From NCBI GenBank assembly GCA_030265395.1, contig JARFYF010000084.1:49619631-49683630 (forward strand): a DNA stretch of 64,000 nucleotides. Reading direction: 5' to 3'. The notes under the pieces are model-generated. The model had not been told where the DNA came from. It did no database searches and worked only from the letters and a program-made list of their open reading frames with translations. The stretch is from Rhina ancylostomus. Taxonomy: Eukaryota. This document shows positions 50,101-63,703 of the stretch, in pieces. The position numbers and the translations under genes are program-made. Position 1 is the first letter of the stretch. Each line of letters starts with the position of its first letter.

Positions 50101-50539
50101 GCTTGCTTATTTGCTGGAATTATTTGCCTTGGTGCCATTTGGAGAGAGCAGCATTTTGCATGGTCACTTCTGTCTGTACTCTGAAAGGATCTATTCTATT
50201 GTGGTGCTCACTGGTGGATGTTCAAATTCAGTGCCATCCCTGACTTTGTAGAAGGCTGCATTAACCCATGCCTCATTGGAGAAACTCATCAGCAAGGAGG
50301 TGGCAAAAACACAGACAGGATGCTGAATGGCAGTGAATGGTCCTGGAACTGCCTTTTTCTTTCCTCCCAGGGTTTTGATGGCAGGTTCTGCCTGTTGTCC
50401 CCGAGCATAAAATATTTGTTGCAAACCAATGCTTCAGATTCCTGTGGAAATCAAGGATAAGTTTCAGTAATAGTTTCACTTCGGGCTCTAAGATGAGGCT
50501 GGGTCTAATCTAGGCATTGAACATAGCCCCCAGTCATTT

Positions 50540-52265
50540 CCATCCCATTTCTTGCACTTGGGTCTTTTCTTCTTCTTGTCCCTTTGTCCTCACCTTCCAT
50601 TACACCATCCCCCACATTCAACAGACCATCCTCAGTAATTCCCAACTCATCTAATAGGATGGAAGATCCCCCCCTCCTTTCTTTTCAGCATTCCAAGGAA
50701 CGCTCTGGTTCACTCCTCATCTTCATAGCCACCAATATGCACTCTTCTTCCCACAAGACCTTCCTGTGCAACTACAGCAGATCAAACACCTGCCCTTTTA
50801 CCTCTCTCCTTCCTGCTATCCTGGGCCCCAAACCTTACTTCCTGATGAAGCAGAAATTTATTTAAAATTCTTCCAGTTTAGTATTCTGCATTAACTGCGC
50901 AAAATATTAGTTTGTAACAAGATCACGGCCGAAAGGCTTGTCCTGTGCTGTACTGTGTAATGCTGTCTCTGTCAACCTTTGGCAACCGAGCATTGGTTGG
51001 TGACTGTTGAAAGAAGTTTACCTAAGGTTTAGAAAGCATGGATCACACAGGGCTCTGGAGAGTTGCAAAGTAGCCAGGAGGGAGCTTAAGAATGGACTTA
51101 GGAGAGCTAGAAGGGGACATAAGAAGTTCTTGGTGAGTAGGATCAGGGAAAACCCCAAGGCGCTCTACACATGTGAAGAATAAGAAGATGGATAGAACCG
51201 ATCAGAGATAAAAGAGGAATCACGTGCCTGGAGTCGGAACAGGCAGGGGAGGTCCTTAATGAATTCTTCGCTTCAGTATTCACCAGAGAGAGACCTTGAC
51301 ATTTGTGAGGATGGCATATGACAGACTAATATGCTAGGGCACGTCTATGTGATGAAAGGATGTGCTGGAANNNNNNNNNNNNNNNNNNNNNNNNNNNNNN
51401 NNNNNNNNNNNNNNNNNNNNNNNNNNNNNNNNNNNNNNNNNNNNNNNNNNNNNNNNNNNNNNNNNNNNNNAGAGGTGGGTGCGTGGAACGCACTGCCTGC
51501 AGAGGTTGTGGGGGCAGATACATTACGGACATTTAAGAGACTCTTAGATAGACACAGGAATGATAGAAAAATGGAGGGCTATGTGAGGGGGAAGGGTTAA
51601 ATAGATCTTACAGCAGGATAAAATGTAGGCACAACACTGTGGGCCAAAGGGCCTGTACTGTGCTGTAGTGTTCTATAATATGCACAACACCTCTTATTTT
51701 ATCTCCAAGAATGCTCCTGAGTTTGCTGCCACTTTAACTCTCCATTCTCTGTATTTAATCCGCTGTTCCAGCAGACTCTATGAGCTCAGTGAACAGCTTC
51801 TCATGTTCTGAGTGTGCTCATTGCAGCCTCTGGGCTCAACACTGAAGCAAACAATTTCAGATATTCAGCTATTCCAACCTTTGTGTCCCACATTTCCAGC
51901 ATTAAAATTTTTATTGCTCTGCTTGTTCAGATAATTATCTTGCGTCTCCTCATCATCCCCTTTCCAGATATAGAGTGTCTTATCCATTTTGTTGTTCACT
52001 AATCTTTTTCTTATCCCTTTCATCATTTAAGCTGTCCTGCCATCCACCCTACTGTAGTCCTTGTGCCCCTCCGCTGTCACTGTCCTCTACTGTAACCCTA
52101 TTTTCTCTTCAAACATGCATTATCTCCACTGTTTCTCCTTTCTGGTGTAACATCATTGCCCTTTTGTTTCTTTCTCTATGGTTGCTTCCCAGCCTGCTGA
52201 GTATTTTCAACACCTACGGTTTTATTTCAAATTTCCAGCATCTGTAATCTTTTATTTTTGGATTG
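50540..52265 (+). mobile_element. Penelope-like element, decayed, interrupted by CR1
   Basis: TFLCNYSRSNTCPFTSLLPAILGPKPYFLMKQKFI before the insertion; GIY-YIG tail and terminal repeat resume after about 51680. Confidence 0.7.
51010..51678 (+). mobile_element. CR1 LINE (internal part lost in N-gap)
   Basis: Left: gagcttaagaatggacttaggagagctagaaggggacat..gaaaaccccaagg (pre-RT ORF2). Right: VGAWNALPAEVVGADTLRTFKRLLDRH + tail. Confidence 0.9.
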
Positions 52266-53154
52266 CATACTGCACAGATTTACAATGAAGAGGTGTATTA
52301 TGCCCCATGCGGAGGATTCCTATGTGCTGCCAGAATCTGGGTCAAAATGAAGGCAAGAAGATTTCAAACAGTTTGAGTTGAGTTCTCCATCACCATCCTC
52401 TCTATTTGGAGGTGAGCTTTGTTTGAGAGACCCTCTTATCCAACATATCACCAGATCTCTTTCACGTTTTATATCCTTATTCCTAGATCTACTATTTGGC
52501 ACAATAGTGCCACTCCATTACTGATCATCACCAACTTGTGAGGGCATCCATTGTTACAAGCTACAGATCAACAGGCTCCAACGTCAGAATCAAGCTCAAA
52601 ACAAGTGAGATTTTGTTCATTTACATCAGTTGTGTCTTCTGTGCAGTGATGAATAACACAGCCACAGGGATCTCTCCAGAACTCTTTCTCATTCCCTCCA
52701 AGTTTCATTCTCCTCTTCAACAAGGCTTTCTCCCTGCCTTTTAAACTTACAGGCTTAGAGAGGTTTCTGATTAAAACTTTGCTGTCTTAGTCCTATTACT
52801 CTAATGTTTGGCATATATCTCTTTAAAATTGTGCCTTTTATCATATTCAGTTGTACTCACCACTTTGCTTTATGCACAGCCTAGAGGTCTCACTTGGCAT
52901 GAACCTGACAGGAATTTTGCATCCCATGATCATGTTTGACACTTGGGTGTATGAAGCAGATGAGGATCAGAAAGTGTAGAATATGATAATACAAAGATTA
53001 ATCTATATAAAGAAGGTACTCCTCTATATTCCCTGGATAGTGATCTAATATAAAGAAGGCAGTTCTCATTCACGAAAATTGCCCTTTATAACATCCCATT
53101 TTATATATTGGTCCATCATTTCTGCCTTGTTCATTAGTAATTCAGAGAAGTGCC

Positions 53155-53428
53155 TGTCACAATGTTGATCAAAGAGCAAGCTCACAGAGAACCCAAATGC
53201 AGCACACTGGTACAGGACTGGAGTCAGGATACTNNNNNNNNNNNNNNNNNNNNNNNNNNNNNNNNNNNNNNNNNNNNNNNNNNNNNNNNNNNNNNNNNNN
53301 NNNNNNNNNNNNNNNNNNNNNNNNNNNNNNNNNGTGTCATTATGCAATCAGTCCAGCATGGAATCCATGTGCTGTACAACAAGACATCAAAGGAGCCAAA
53401 TCAAGGGCCAGTACGCAGAATCATGACA
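53155..53428 (-). mobile_element. Solo Gypsy-type LTR family A, complete, 5-bp TSD GTGCC
   Basis: TGTCA...TGACA termini; GTGCC at 53150-53154 and 53429-53433. Confidence 0.9.
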
Positions 53429-53446
53429 GTGCCCTCTTTATATTTT

Positions 53447-53470
53447 TATATATATATATATATATATATA
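53447..53470. repeat. (TA)12 microsatellite
   Basis: Direct reading. Confidence 0.95.
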
Positions 53471-53799
53471 AATTTTTATTTATTATCATGTTTTACAATT
53501 TCAGATCCTCATCTGATTCATATGCTTAATTTTCAAATAGGGTTTATGTTGAGGAATGTTAATATATTTATTATTTTCTAGTTTGGTAAATCTTTTAATC
53601 AATATAACTGGCTCGCAGTCTGCTGAGTTTATCAGCAAGGAATATTTATTTATCTCCCTTCTAGACGTTACGAGGTTACACATTTCTTCTTTTTCATCTT
53701 CTTAAGATGCTGAAATATGAATCAAAAACAGAAATGTTGGAATAACTTAACCAGTCAAGCAGCATCCATGGGAAGTGGAACCAGGCTGGGTATCCTCAA

Positions 53800-54310
53800 G
53801 CAAGCGACTCCCATTCTGACACTTCAAGATCTCTCCAGCATCTGGAAGGAACATCAGAATTCTTTCCCCTTGCTATAATACATATAGCTCCAGCAACACG
53901 CAGAGCAGGACAAAACAGTCCACTTGATTGATACCACGTCCACCAGCTTAAGCATTCATTCCCTTTACCACTGGCACACAATGGTTGTGGTATGTAACAT
54001 CTAAAAAATGCACAACTGTTACTTCCCCAAGCTACAGCAGTGCATTGCACAAATCTGCAAGCTCTACTCTTAAAAAAGACAAAAGCATCAGGCTATTATG
54101 AACTCCACCACCTACATCTTCCCCTCCACATTGCATGCTATCCCGATTTGTAAATATATCACCTTTCTTTCTTCATTGCTGGGTTTAACTCCTGGAACTC
54201 CTGTCTAACAGCATTGTGTGATTACCTTCACCAGAAGGACTGCAGCCATTCAAGATGGTCACTCACCCTACCTTCTCCAGGGAAAATTAGGAATGGACAG
54301 TAAATGTTTT
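53800..54310 (+). mobile_element. LINE 3' fragment (same family as 43745)
   Basis: agctccagcaaca..aggacaaaacagtccacttgattg..ggactgcagccattcaagatgg..accttctccagg. Preceded by an antisense Penelope terminal fragment at about 53705-53790. Confidence 0.65.
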
Positions 54311-54971
54311 CTGCTCAAAGGTAGAGTCATTATCAATACTGTCTTTATCAATGTCATGATCTGTTCCTTTTATGTTTTTGATGTCTAATGGTATTATATT
54401 AAAATATTTTAAAAATTCTTTAGTTAAAAGCTGCATGTAAAATCTGAATGTCCCACAGTGCATTCAACCATGACAATTAGCTACAACACTTTTTAAGTAT
54501 ACACCTTTGCTAGATAATGGCTCATGTGACCATTATAAAACCTTTACCATTAGAGTGAGATAACATTTCTAGACGTGGTTGTAACTGATTACTCTGGAAA
54601 ATGGACAAAGTACATGTTCTTCATTACTAATAAGATGTTTTGTTTCTCTGCTTAAAATGATCAGGTTTGTTGTAGTTATCTGCCTATCAGTGTATTTATT
54701 GCATCACTATCCATCAGTGAATTGAAATTGGTTACTTTTCCACTGCAGCATCCTTAGATTTTTTGCTGAGAAGTGAATTTCCTATAATTGTACACTTCAT
54801 GTCAGAACACAAGAAACTCACTACACATTATAACATTCACTAGGGATCTGTAAGTCAGCTGTGAAGGAAAATACAGAACAGTCAATGCAGCACAATTTGC
54901 ACAGTCAATCTTAGCACTTCATGAATAAACAAACATTTGATGTTATGAAGACAAGAATCAAACTAAAGACC

Positions 54972-55770
54972 CTACAGTCCGCTTAGTCTTTCCTTGTAAT
55001 GACAAAAACTAACCCCAGGAATCAGTTTGGTTAACTTCTCTGCATTGCCACTTATTGAAAGAAAATCCTTCTTTAGGTAATGAGACAAGCAATGGACACA
55101 ATATACTAAAGGTGGTCCCACTAGGGTGCTAAATAACATGTGCAGGATGTCTCTTCTCTTGTACTCAAGTCCATTAGCAATGAAGGCCACCTTATCATTT
55201 GCTTTCATAAATGCTTGCTGTACCTATCAGTGATCTGTGTACAAGCACACCTAGGTTCCTCTGATAACCAACACCCGTGAAACTCTCATCATTTAAAAAA
55301 TACTTTTCTGTTTTTTCTACTGAAGTGGGTCACCTCACACAGTTCCATACCTGCCATGTCCTCAACCATTCACCGAACTTGCCAACATCCTCCCGAACCC
55401 ACACTGCATCCTTCTTATAACATTCTGAACATCATACGTGCTAATTTTGTGTCATAATTTCTTGTGTGGCACCCGAACAAAGGCTTTCTGAGAATCCAAA
55501 TGCACCACATGAAATGATCCCCCCCTTCTCTATTCTACTTAATACTTTAAAAATTCAAATAGATTTGTCAAACATGAATTCCTTTAAGAAATCCATATGA
55601 TTCTGCCAAATTTAATTGATGTTTTCCTAAAAGCTCTGTCACCACCTCCTTAACGATTCCAGGATTTTCCCTACAACTGATGTCAGGCTCTCTGATCTAT
55701 AGTTCCCTGTTTTCTCTTTCATTTATTACCTTCCAGTCTCTGGGAACCATGCAGGAACTTATCCAGTGTT
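54972..55770 (-). mobile_element. CR1 LINE fragment, old
   Basis: KANDKVAFIANGLEYKRRDILHMLFSTLVGPPLVYCVHCLSHYLKKD; an antisense 'DFQKAF.RVPH' remnant at about 55470-55500. Confidence 0.8.
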
Positions 55771-57299
55771 GGAAGGAAAATTTTTAAAGGCTGGTATGTC
55801 TGCTTGAGTTCTAATTCACAAAAATGTTAATGGTAAAGTTAAAGCTTTATTTTATCAGTGTAACTAATATAAGACATTCCACTGAAAGCTTGTGTGGCAT
55901 TATACACTTTCACATTGTAAAAAAAGATTAATGGGAACTAAGAATATAAGCACATAGATTCATGAGGCAATCAGTTCATCCAAATTAACTTCCTTCAAAA
56001 CCCAAGTATGTGAATTGGATCGACAGTGAAGGTTTGTGATAAAGCTGTTAAACATTTTATTTTTCAGGATTTCATAACACTCAGAAGTCCCATGGTCATA
56101 ACTTTGGTTGCTCAAAAGTAGCCTCTTCAGATCCCTAACCATTTAGTTTGGATGTTGGAAGTAACATTCAATCACTACTTGATCACCTCCCAAACCTAGA
56201 TCCTTGTGTACCCATTGGAAGTGGTGATAGTGGATGAGTTTAATATGCTCTCCATGTTTTCTGCACAGTTATTTGCAATCAACCCACCTGATTACAATCC
56301 ACTTGATGCATCATTTTAGAGGTCANNNNNNNCATTAGCTGCTTATTAAGGAATTAAGCAGATTATTATGGATGAGCTGTAATTCAGAAGCTCAACTTCT
56401 TGCTTTGAAAGGCATAATTTGGCTGATTTGAAATATTGTGGTTTTTTTATGTGAGCACTGGCTGTGTGAATTTCCAGCAGATAACTGTCTAAAATGTCTT
56501 CTTCTGCAACTCTGAGAATCACACAAAGTGAACCTTCATATTGCTGGGAGAAATAGTGATTGAATTATAGAGACAGCCCTCATCAAGGATGAAATGTTCT
56601 TTGTATACCATGTGACTTCTTCAATAGGAACAATACTGCTGGATCCTCCAGACAATATTTTAAAAGAAATCCTTCCCTTAGGTCTAGAAAAGCAGATTAA
56701 TTTTTCATTCTCTGACAGGGTTACTACAAATTAAAGTGAGTGGTGTCAGATTGGTAAAGAACAGTAAGCTGTTTTGTAAAGCCTAATGAATTTTTGCTTG
56801 AAATGTTGGTTGTTCATTTTAAAATCATTCAATACCACTTCTCCAGGTTTATGTCTCACAAAGCTGTGAGTGAAAATCAGTAATAAAATGTACAAGAAAC
56901 ACTGAGTCCCATTTAAATAGTTTAGATGGAGCAAATCTGTCACTCGAGAATCTGTCAATTATTCTAATGCAAGACAGCTAGCTAAAGGATGGCCACAGAG
57001 TAACCGACATATAATTAGAATGAACTTGGAAGATTTTTAACCTTAACAAAAAAACACCTTATGTTAGTTTTAACAAATTATTGCAAGGGCTAACTTGAGC
57101 TTTTTGCAGCTGAAAGAAACTGTTATAATCTGAGAAGCCAACATCACATTTTCTTTTAAGCTATTACAGTTTTTTTTTAAAGTATATAAAATGAACTAAT
57201 TCAGTAAAAGGTAGCTCAATTAATTGTAGGGGTTACACATTTATTTAAAATATTTTCTTTAATTTGAATGAAGTACCCCATTGATATGAAATGAAACGA

Positions 57300-57650
57300 T
57301 AATACAAAGCTGGGTGGTAGCATGAGTTGTAAGGAGAGTGCACATAAGGCTTCAAGGCAATTGTAGACGGGCTAAATGAATGGGTGAGGAGATGGCAGAT
57401 GGAATGTAACATGTAGGAAATGACTCATTCTTTTATGGAGTAGGGAAAAGCTACTCTTAAACAGTGAGAGATTGGAAAGTCTTGGTGTTCAGAGGGACCT
57501 GGATGTCCTTGTACAGGAATCTCTTACTGTGGTTTGATGGGCGGCACAACACGGTGGGCCGAAGGGCCTGTCTTGTGCTGTATGGTTCTATGGTTCTATG
57601 GAATTATACAAGTCTGATCTCCCTTCCCAAGGAAGAATATACCTGTAATG
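57300..57650 (+). mobile_element. CR1 fragments
   Basis: gataatacaaagctgggtgg (DDTKLGG-like); tggcagatggaatgtaac; tail gggccgaagggcctgtcttgtgctgtatggttctatggttctatg. Confidence 0.7.
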
Positions 57651-57719
57651 GAGGGAGGGATTGGTGATGATTCAGTACATTATTTACTACTTATTTTGGA
57701 ACTGTTGGATTACAGCAAA

Positions 57720-58260
57720 CATGATTTGTCTTCTGTATCCAGTCCCCATCCAATCCCTGGCCTCTCACTCAGACTAAATCAGACTGTTTGTTACCTTGGT
57801 CTACAGATTAACTCTAAGCTAAGTTTTTGGGTCCATATCATATCCATTGCAAAAGCTACCTAAGTCCACTCTCATAATGCCAGTGCCTTCAGCTTTCTCT
57901 CATGGCACCTGCTGCTGGAACTCTGATACATCATTAGATTTACCTTTTCATTGTTCTTACAGATCATATTCTCTTTCAGCTGTATCTGATCCAAAATTCT
58001 GCTGCCAGTAAACCAAGCCATAGTGATTCAAGTCACCTAATTTTCTTGTGTTTTCAGAGTTCCAATCTACCAATGTCTTGNNNNNNNNNNNNNNNNNNNN
58101 NNNNNNNNNNNNNNNNNNNNNNNNNNNNNNNNNNNNNNNNNNNNNNNNNNNNNNNNNNNNNNNNNNNNNNNNNNNNNNNNCCAATCTACCAATGTCTTGA
58201 TTTTAAAATTCTCATTATTTACATTCAAATCATTTGCTACTCGTGCCCTTTCTCACCTTC
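57720..58260 (+). mobile_element. L2-type LINE fragment, decayed
   Basis: ctcagactaaatcagactgtttgttaccttgg..ctgctgctggaactc..ccaaaattctgctgcc..cttgattttaaaattctca, similar to 9300-9850. Confidence 0.6.
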
Positions 58261-59719
58261 GAGCCCCACAACACTTTGAGAACTTGGTGTCTATTTTCAT
58301 CCGATAATGCTCCTGGTGAAGAAGGTAAAAAAAATACTTTTCTCAGTCACAAGAGCAAACTCTGCTTGTCAAGTGACAGCCCCAGAGTGTTGGTTAATCA
58401 CTTAAAGATTTATCCCAGGTCAGTGGCTGGGATACACCTGGGTTTCCATCGACACATTTTGTGGATCAGTAAAGGCTACATTCTGGTCTTGCCATATTGG
58501 TTTCCCTTTGGGATTCTGGCACGGTGAGGACCGGAGATGGAACCTCCAGTCTGGAATATAAACTACTCCTATAATTTTCTGTTCCTTCACATGGTGTAGG
58601 AGGCTCTACATTAAGGGGCATTAAAAAAGAATCACCTTTGTGGAAAATAAATCCCACATCATTCTTTGGAAGTAGCACTGAACTAGGTAATGGTGCAAAA
58701 TGGATGATAGCAATTTGGTATTTCACTTTGCCTATTTTACATGTGAACATAAAAGTTTAATTTTGTTCAATTCTCTTCAGATTTCCTACCAGAACTCAGA
58801 CTGTTTCTCAGAGATGTGCTTATGCCATGAAAAGTTCTCCATCTTACAATCTCTTTTTGAACTTAAAATATATACTGCTAGTATGAAAGGACAATTCAAG
58901 CTGGCCAGTACTTGGGATTGGCTGAAAAGCACCTTCAGTTTGAACTAGATAACACACCCACAATGTGCCCATGACCATATTTTCAGAAAACTTGTCAAGA
59001 TCCAGATAAGTGGCATGAAATTGATATGACTGGGTAAGAACTCCTATTCATCAAATACAGGAGCCGTGGCTGCTGTGGATTTTGTATTGTAATTGATTAC
59101 TTTATTGTAACTATACATCATCTGGAAGTGTGGGATAGACTTTCAGCCTGTGGCCGAGGCATAATGTTGGCAGCTCAGATCATTGTGCATCATATTAGTT
59201 AAAGTCAATGGAAATGAAAACCCTCTTGAATTTGTTCTAACACAGCTGTAAGTTGGAACTTTGTCCAATGAACACTGATATTTTCTTGGTAATATCAAGA
59301 ATTCAAGGCAATTATATTTGTAAGTTGGATTGCAGAGTGTTACGTTTTGTGCGCTACAGCATTTGACTTTACTGAAAAATAATATGTAATTAAAAACTGA
59401 GGACACATTGTATGGATCACCAAATCTACAACTTCCCCTCTGCATCCTTCCCATGCATCTGTTGCTCTAACACACAAAGAGGACTGGGCACGGCAGAGAC
59501 ATCCAACCATGTGCAATACAGGCCAGGATGTCCCATCTGTAACTTTTCATTCAAAAATGTCACTCATGCAGATTTAGTCCTTCACAATGTCTGTGAGACC
59601 AGATTCATTATTACTTTAAAGAAGAGGATGTACAATCACAAATCCCAGTGCAGTAGTGACAACCTGCCTGAGTTAGGTCTCTTTAAATAAGTAATTTGCT
59701 TACTCTGCTTTCCTTTGAA

Positions 59720-60200
59720 TTGCCACCCATTTGGATTCCTCACTGGTTTTTCATCCCCACACTCACCAGTCCACTGGTCCAATCTGACCCAACACTTTGG
59801 TCACCAAGTCCCCATCAATCACTGTCTACTTTTTAAAAAATTTCCGACTCCCCCCACCCTTCTGCACATATGAGGCAAACCTCCCTCAATGGCCAATCAC
59901 ATCCCTGGTCTATTGACTGCACCACACCACCAGCAATCGTAACTCCTCAACCACTGACAATCCCAACCCTGATTCATATTCACAACTCAACCTTTTCCCC
60001 ACCACTGACTAGCAATCATCTCTCCAACTGCTGAAAACTATTCCCCCAACCCTGACTAACCATCACAAACTACCACTTCACTCAATCCCAGCTGGCTGAC
60101 CTCTCCCTGATCACTTTCTATGCCAGTTTGCACCAATTTCAACCCTTCTGATCTCTCATCCATCTCAGGGATACAGTCCTATTTGTGCCTCATCCCTATC
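59720..60200. repeat. C/A-rich low-complexity tract, degenerate minisatellite (ccactgact/ccctgac motifs)
   Basis: Strong G depletion on the plus strand; recurring cactg, ctgac and ccccaaccctga. Confidence 0.5.
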
Positions 60201-61779
60201 CCTGGTCTTTGTGGTGTTATCCATTCTTGCATGAAGAATGCAAAGTCCAGGTCTTTGATAATGCAAGGCCAGTTTAGTAGCACTGAATACTTACAGTTGC
60301 TCAAATATCCAATAGCAAAGTGCTGCTAAATAACTGAGCAACAGGCCTTCAAACAAAAAGTTTATTGGTTTGTCACAACCCAAATGAAAAACCAACTCAC
60401 TCTGTCGACAAAATAGTAATTTCCAATTAGTAACAGTTCTATTGCCAGTATATGTTTCACAGCAAGAGAAGGTGCGCTTAAATTTGTGATCTCTCAGTAG
60501 TTTGACTCTGGCAAAAGTATTTGTGAATTTTGAATTTTTAGAACTTATTTTCTCCACTATGCAGAACTGAGAAAATCCAGATCGTTAGGATCAGAGTATT
60601 GATGAACTCTCTGTATAACTACAGTGTTGCCAAGGAAACTGAAGACACTCAGACACCTTTTAAGTTGCTTAGGATGTGCTGAAACCATGAAGCACACATT
60701 TAACACTCATAATCTGACTTTGAACATTTCCATTGACGTTTGCTTAAAAGCAATGAAGTAATAAATTTCAAAATGCTATGTGTGCCTCCAACAATAATCA
60801 TTAGGCCAAATCTGTTAATAAAACTAAGTAATCAGCTTAATAGGATATTGAATGAAGTCATCAAGTATTAAAAAAAGATCATGCTTAATGTTTAGGAACT
60901 GGAATATTCTGAATGACTTACAGCATTTTATCGATTAGAACTTTATTTCAAAACACAGCCTTTCAAATCAATCTCTCTCCTTTCAGTTCTGACTACTCCC
61001 ATGGGCCTGAAGCCTTCTTCTAGCTTCTCTGTTCTCATAAGGATTTTTTTTCTTTCACATCAATAATCCTTATGGTGAGCTGGGCCTCTTAAACAAGCCA
61101 GGGTCATTCTCATAAGTCAGGTTCTTCACGCTGAGCACCTGACACCCCTTACATACTGTAATCACATCTATTGCATCTGACAACACACAGCTTTTCTTTC
61201 CAGCTTCTCCTTCAGTTACCACCCATTTTCAAAATGCTCTGCAAGTAGTAATTTTGTCCTTCAAACTCTGTTCTGTAGTGATTAGGATAACATGCATGTA
61301 GAAGTTCAGTATCAAGTATACTACACAAGTATCCTAGAAATAAATATTTATTTATTTACATTCAATATAGTACCACAGCAAACACAAATTCTTCCCATTT
61401 TATGGGAAAGTTCTAATTTTGATTGCATTCTTTTGATTTGTTGATTAAAAAATTATTGGGACTGTTCAGAACATGTGTGTATAACACATCTCAGGACAAT
61501 AATACTGTATACAAAATAATGGCAATTGAAATTTCAAATAAGACCATAGATCAGTATTAGTGTGCAGTATGTTAATGCATGGTCCATTACTGTTTAACAG
61601 CTGTCTAAAATAAAAATAATTGTAGTTAAAGTCTTGTGTGCAAGGCATTAAATTATTAAGGTCTGGAGTATCTACTGAACTGCTTTTTGTTTGTTTCTGT
61701 TGCAATTCAGCTGAAATAGGTATAACTGCTGCAGAAGATAAATGAATTTTAAACACATCTTGCACCTAATACAACATTT

Positions 61780-61925
61780 TTACATTCGTTCTTTGGGGTC
61801 TGAGCATTGTTGTCAGGAGTAGTATTTATTGCACATCCATAATTGCCCTTGAGAAGGCACCTTGAATGGTTGCAAGTCTTCTAGTGAAGGCGCTTCCACT
61901 ATGCTGTTGGGTTATGGTTGATGCT
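61780..61925 (-). mobile_element. LINE 3' tail (10540 family)
   Basis: atttattgcacatccataattgcccttgagaagg..ccttgaa..tagtgaagg. Confidence 0.6.
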
Positions 61926-62247
61926 GGGACTTCCATTTTCTTTTGCAGGACCTTGCCCTTGGAGCACGTCCCAGTTAGTTTCCACTTAACCAAATTCATC
62001 ATGTTCTAGGATGGATCAATTACCTATGGGAGCTCAACTAATCACTCATTTGCAGGTCTTGAGAAAAGCTTTAAAAATTCATTTGCTTCTTTTGAGCATA
62101 AGGATACTTAACAGTGTTTTCTAAATGCTTTTAATTGTGAGGTTTGTTTTATTATATTAAAACTGAATATCCCAATATTACTTAGTTTCTCTTATATAAG
62201 TGAATTTTGGCCATTTTTAAAGTCAGATTGTTCAGAAGATTGGTTTG

Positions 62248-62905
62248 AACAGAGGGAACTAGGAGTACAAGTACATGGTTCCCTGAAAGTGGCATCACAG
62301 GTAGACAGGGTGCTGAAGTAGGGTTTTGGCATGCTGGCCTTCAACAGTCAGGGCACTGAGTATAGAAGTTGGGATGTTATATTGTAGTTGTACAAGACAG
62401 GTGAGACCACATTTGCTATACCGTGTTCAGTTTGGTCACCCTGCTATAGGAAAGATGCCATTAAGCTTGAAAGAGTGCAGAGGAGATTTACAAGGATATT
62501 GCCAGGATTCGAGGGACTAAGTTATGGAGAGAGGTTGAGCAGGTTGGGACTATCACTGGAGCTTAGGAGAATGAGGGATGATCTTGTAAAAGTGTTTAAC
62601 TTTGTCAGGGGTATAGATAGGGTGAATGCACAGTCTTTTTATCAGGGATGGGGAGTCAAAAACTTGAGGGTATAGGTTTAAAGTGAGAGGGGAGAGATTT
62701 AATGGGAAACTGAGGGGCAACTTTTTCACCCAGAGAGTGGAACGAGCTGCCAGAGAAAGTGGTTGAGGCAGGTACATTAACAATATTTAAAAGGTATTGG
62801 ACAGGTACACGGATAGGAAAGGATTAGAGGGATTTTGGCCAAATGCAGGCTTAGATGGGAATCTTGGTCATCATCCTGTTTTTGTGCTGTAATACTCTAT
62901 GATTT
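62248..62905 (+). mobile_element. CR1 LINE 3' fragment
   Basis: WSPCYRKDAIKLERVQRRFTRILPGFEGLSYGERLSRLGL; tail gtgctgtaatactctatga. Confidence 0.9.
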
Positions 62906-63663
62906 TAAGCAGTGAGTCAAATTTTAAAACTTGCATTTCAAAACTGGCTCATACTAAATTACATATACTCTGATGTGCAAATATTAGAATTTGGGAAAAA
63001 TAAGTACGATATTGGTTGTGTTTTTTGCCGGAATTAGCAACCGCACAAAAGCAAAAGCTCTGCCCCCATGCTTGTTGCATGGCAGTGAAATCTATCCACA
63101 GCAATAATAAAATCAACCAGTTCAAACAATCAGATTATCAGGACTATTTCACTGAACAATAGACCACCAAAGATCTCAAGGAATTCCATAGGAAACAAGA
63201 CTGCCAAGATGCTTCTGAACAACTCAGAAAGGGATATCAAGATTTTTCAGTGGTTGGGCCTTCTGCTCTACCTATTGATTCAGAGTGGTATCTAGGAACT
63301 CCAAAACACTGCAGTTTCAGAGGGGATATTTCCTCTGAGTTATTGCTAATAGGGGTGCAGTGAATTCTACCAATAACTCAGATGGAGAAATTCCATTTAA
63401 ATAATGACCCACTGAAGACGACCCGTTCTGTTTGGTTCACATCTGCTATTCTGGTAGAATCTGTACTCATTCATCTTATGAGAGGAGCATCATGTTTTCT
63501 TAAAGATAAGGATTCCTCTTTGGAACCCAGGCCACGACCCCAGCTAGTTGATCCCACCCTGACCAAATAATAAACCAGAGAATTTTGACATTTAGGTAAC
63601 AGTTCACCCACCTCTCCCAGATCAACCCACTCAACACCCTCACCATCCCTCCCTCCCACCCAA

Positions 63664-63664
<1 letters not shown>

Positions 63665-63699
<35 letters not shown>
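63665..63699. repeat. (CA)17 microsatellite
   Basis: Direct reading. Confidence 0.95.

Positions 63700-63703
<4 letters not shown>

Noticed and set aside
53001-53059. Short direct repeat atcta(a)tataaagaagg
   Set aside because: A small local duplication with no further structure.
7340-53428. Family-A repeats as a CRISPR array, or as paired LTRs of one provirus
   Set aside because: The copies are dispersed, and the two complete ones each have their own TSD; this is a eukaryotic context with no spacer structure.
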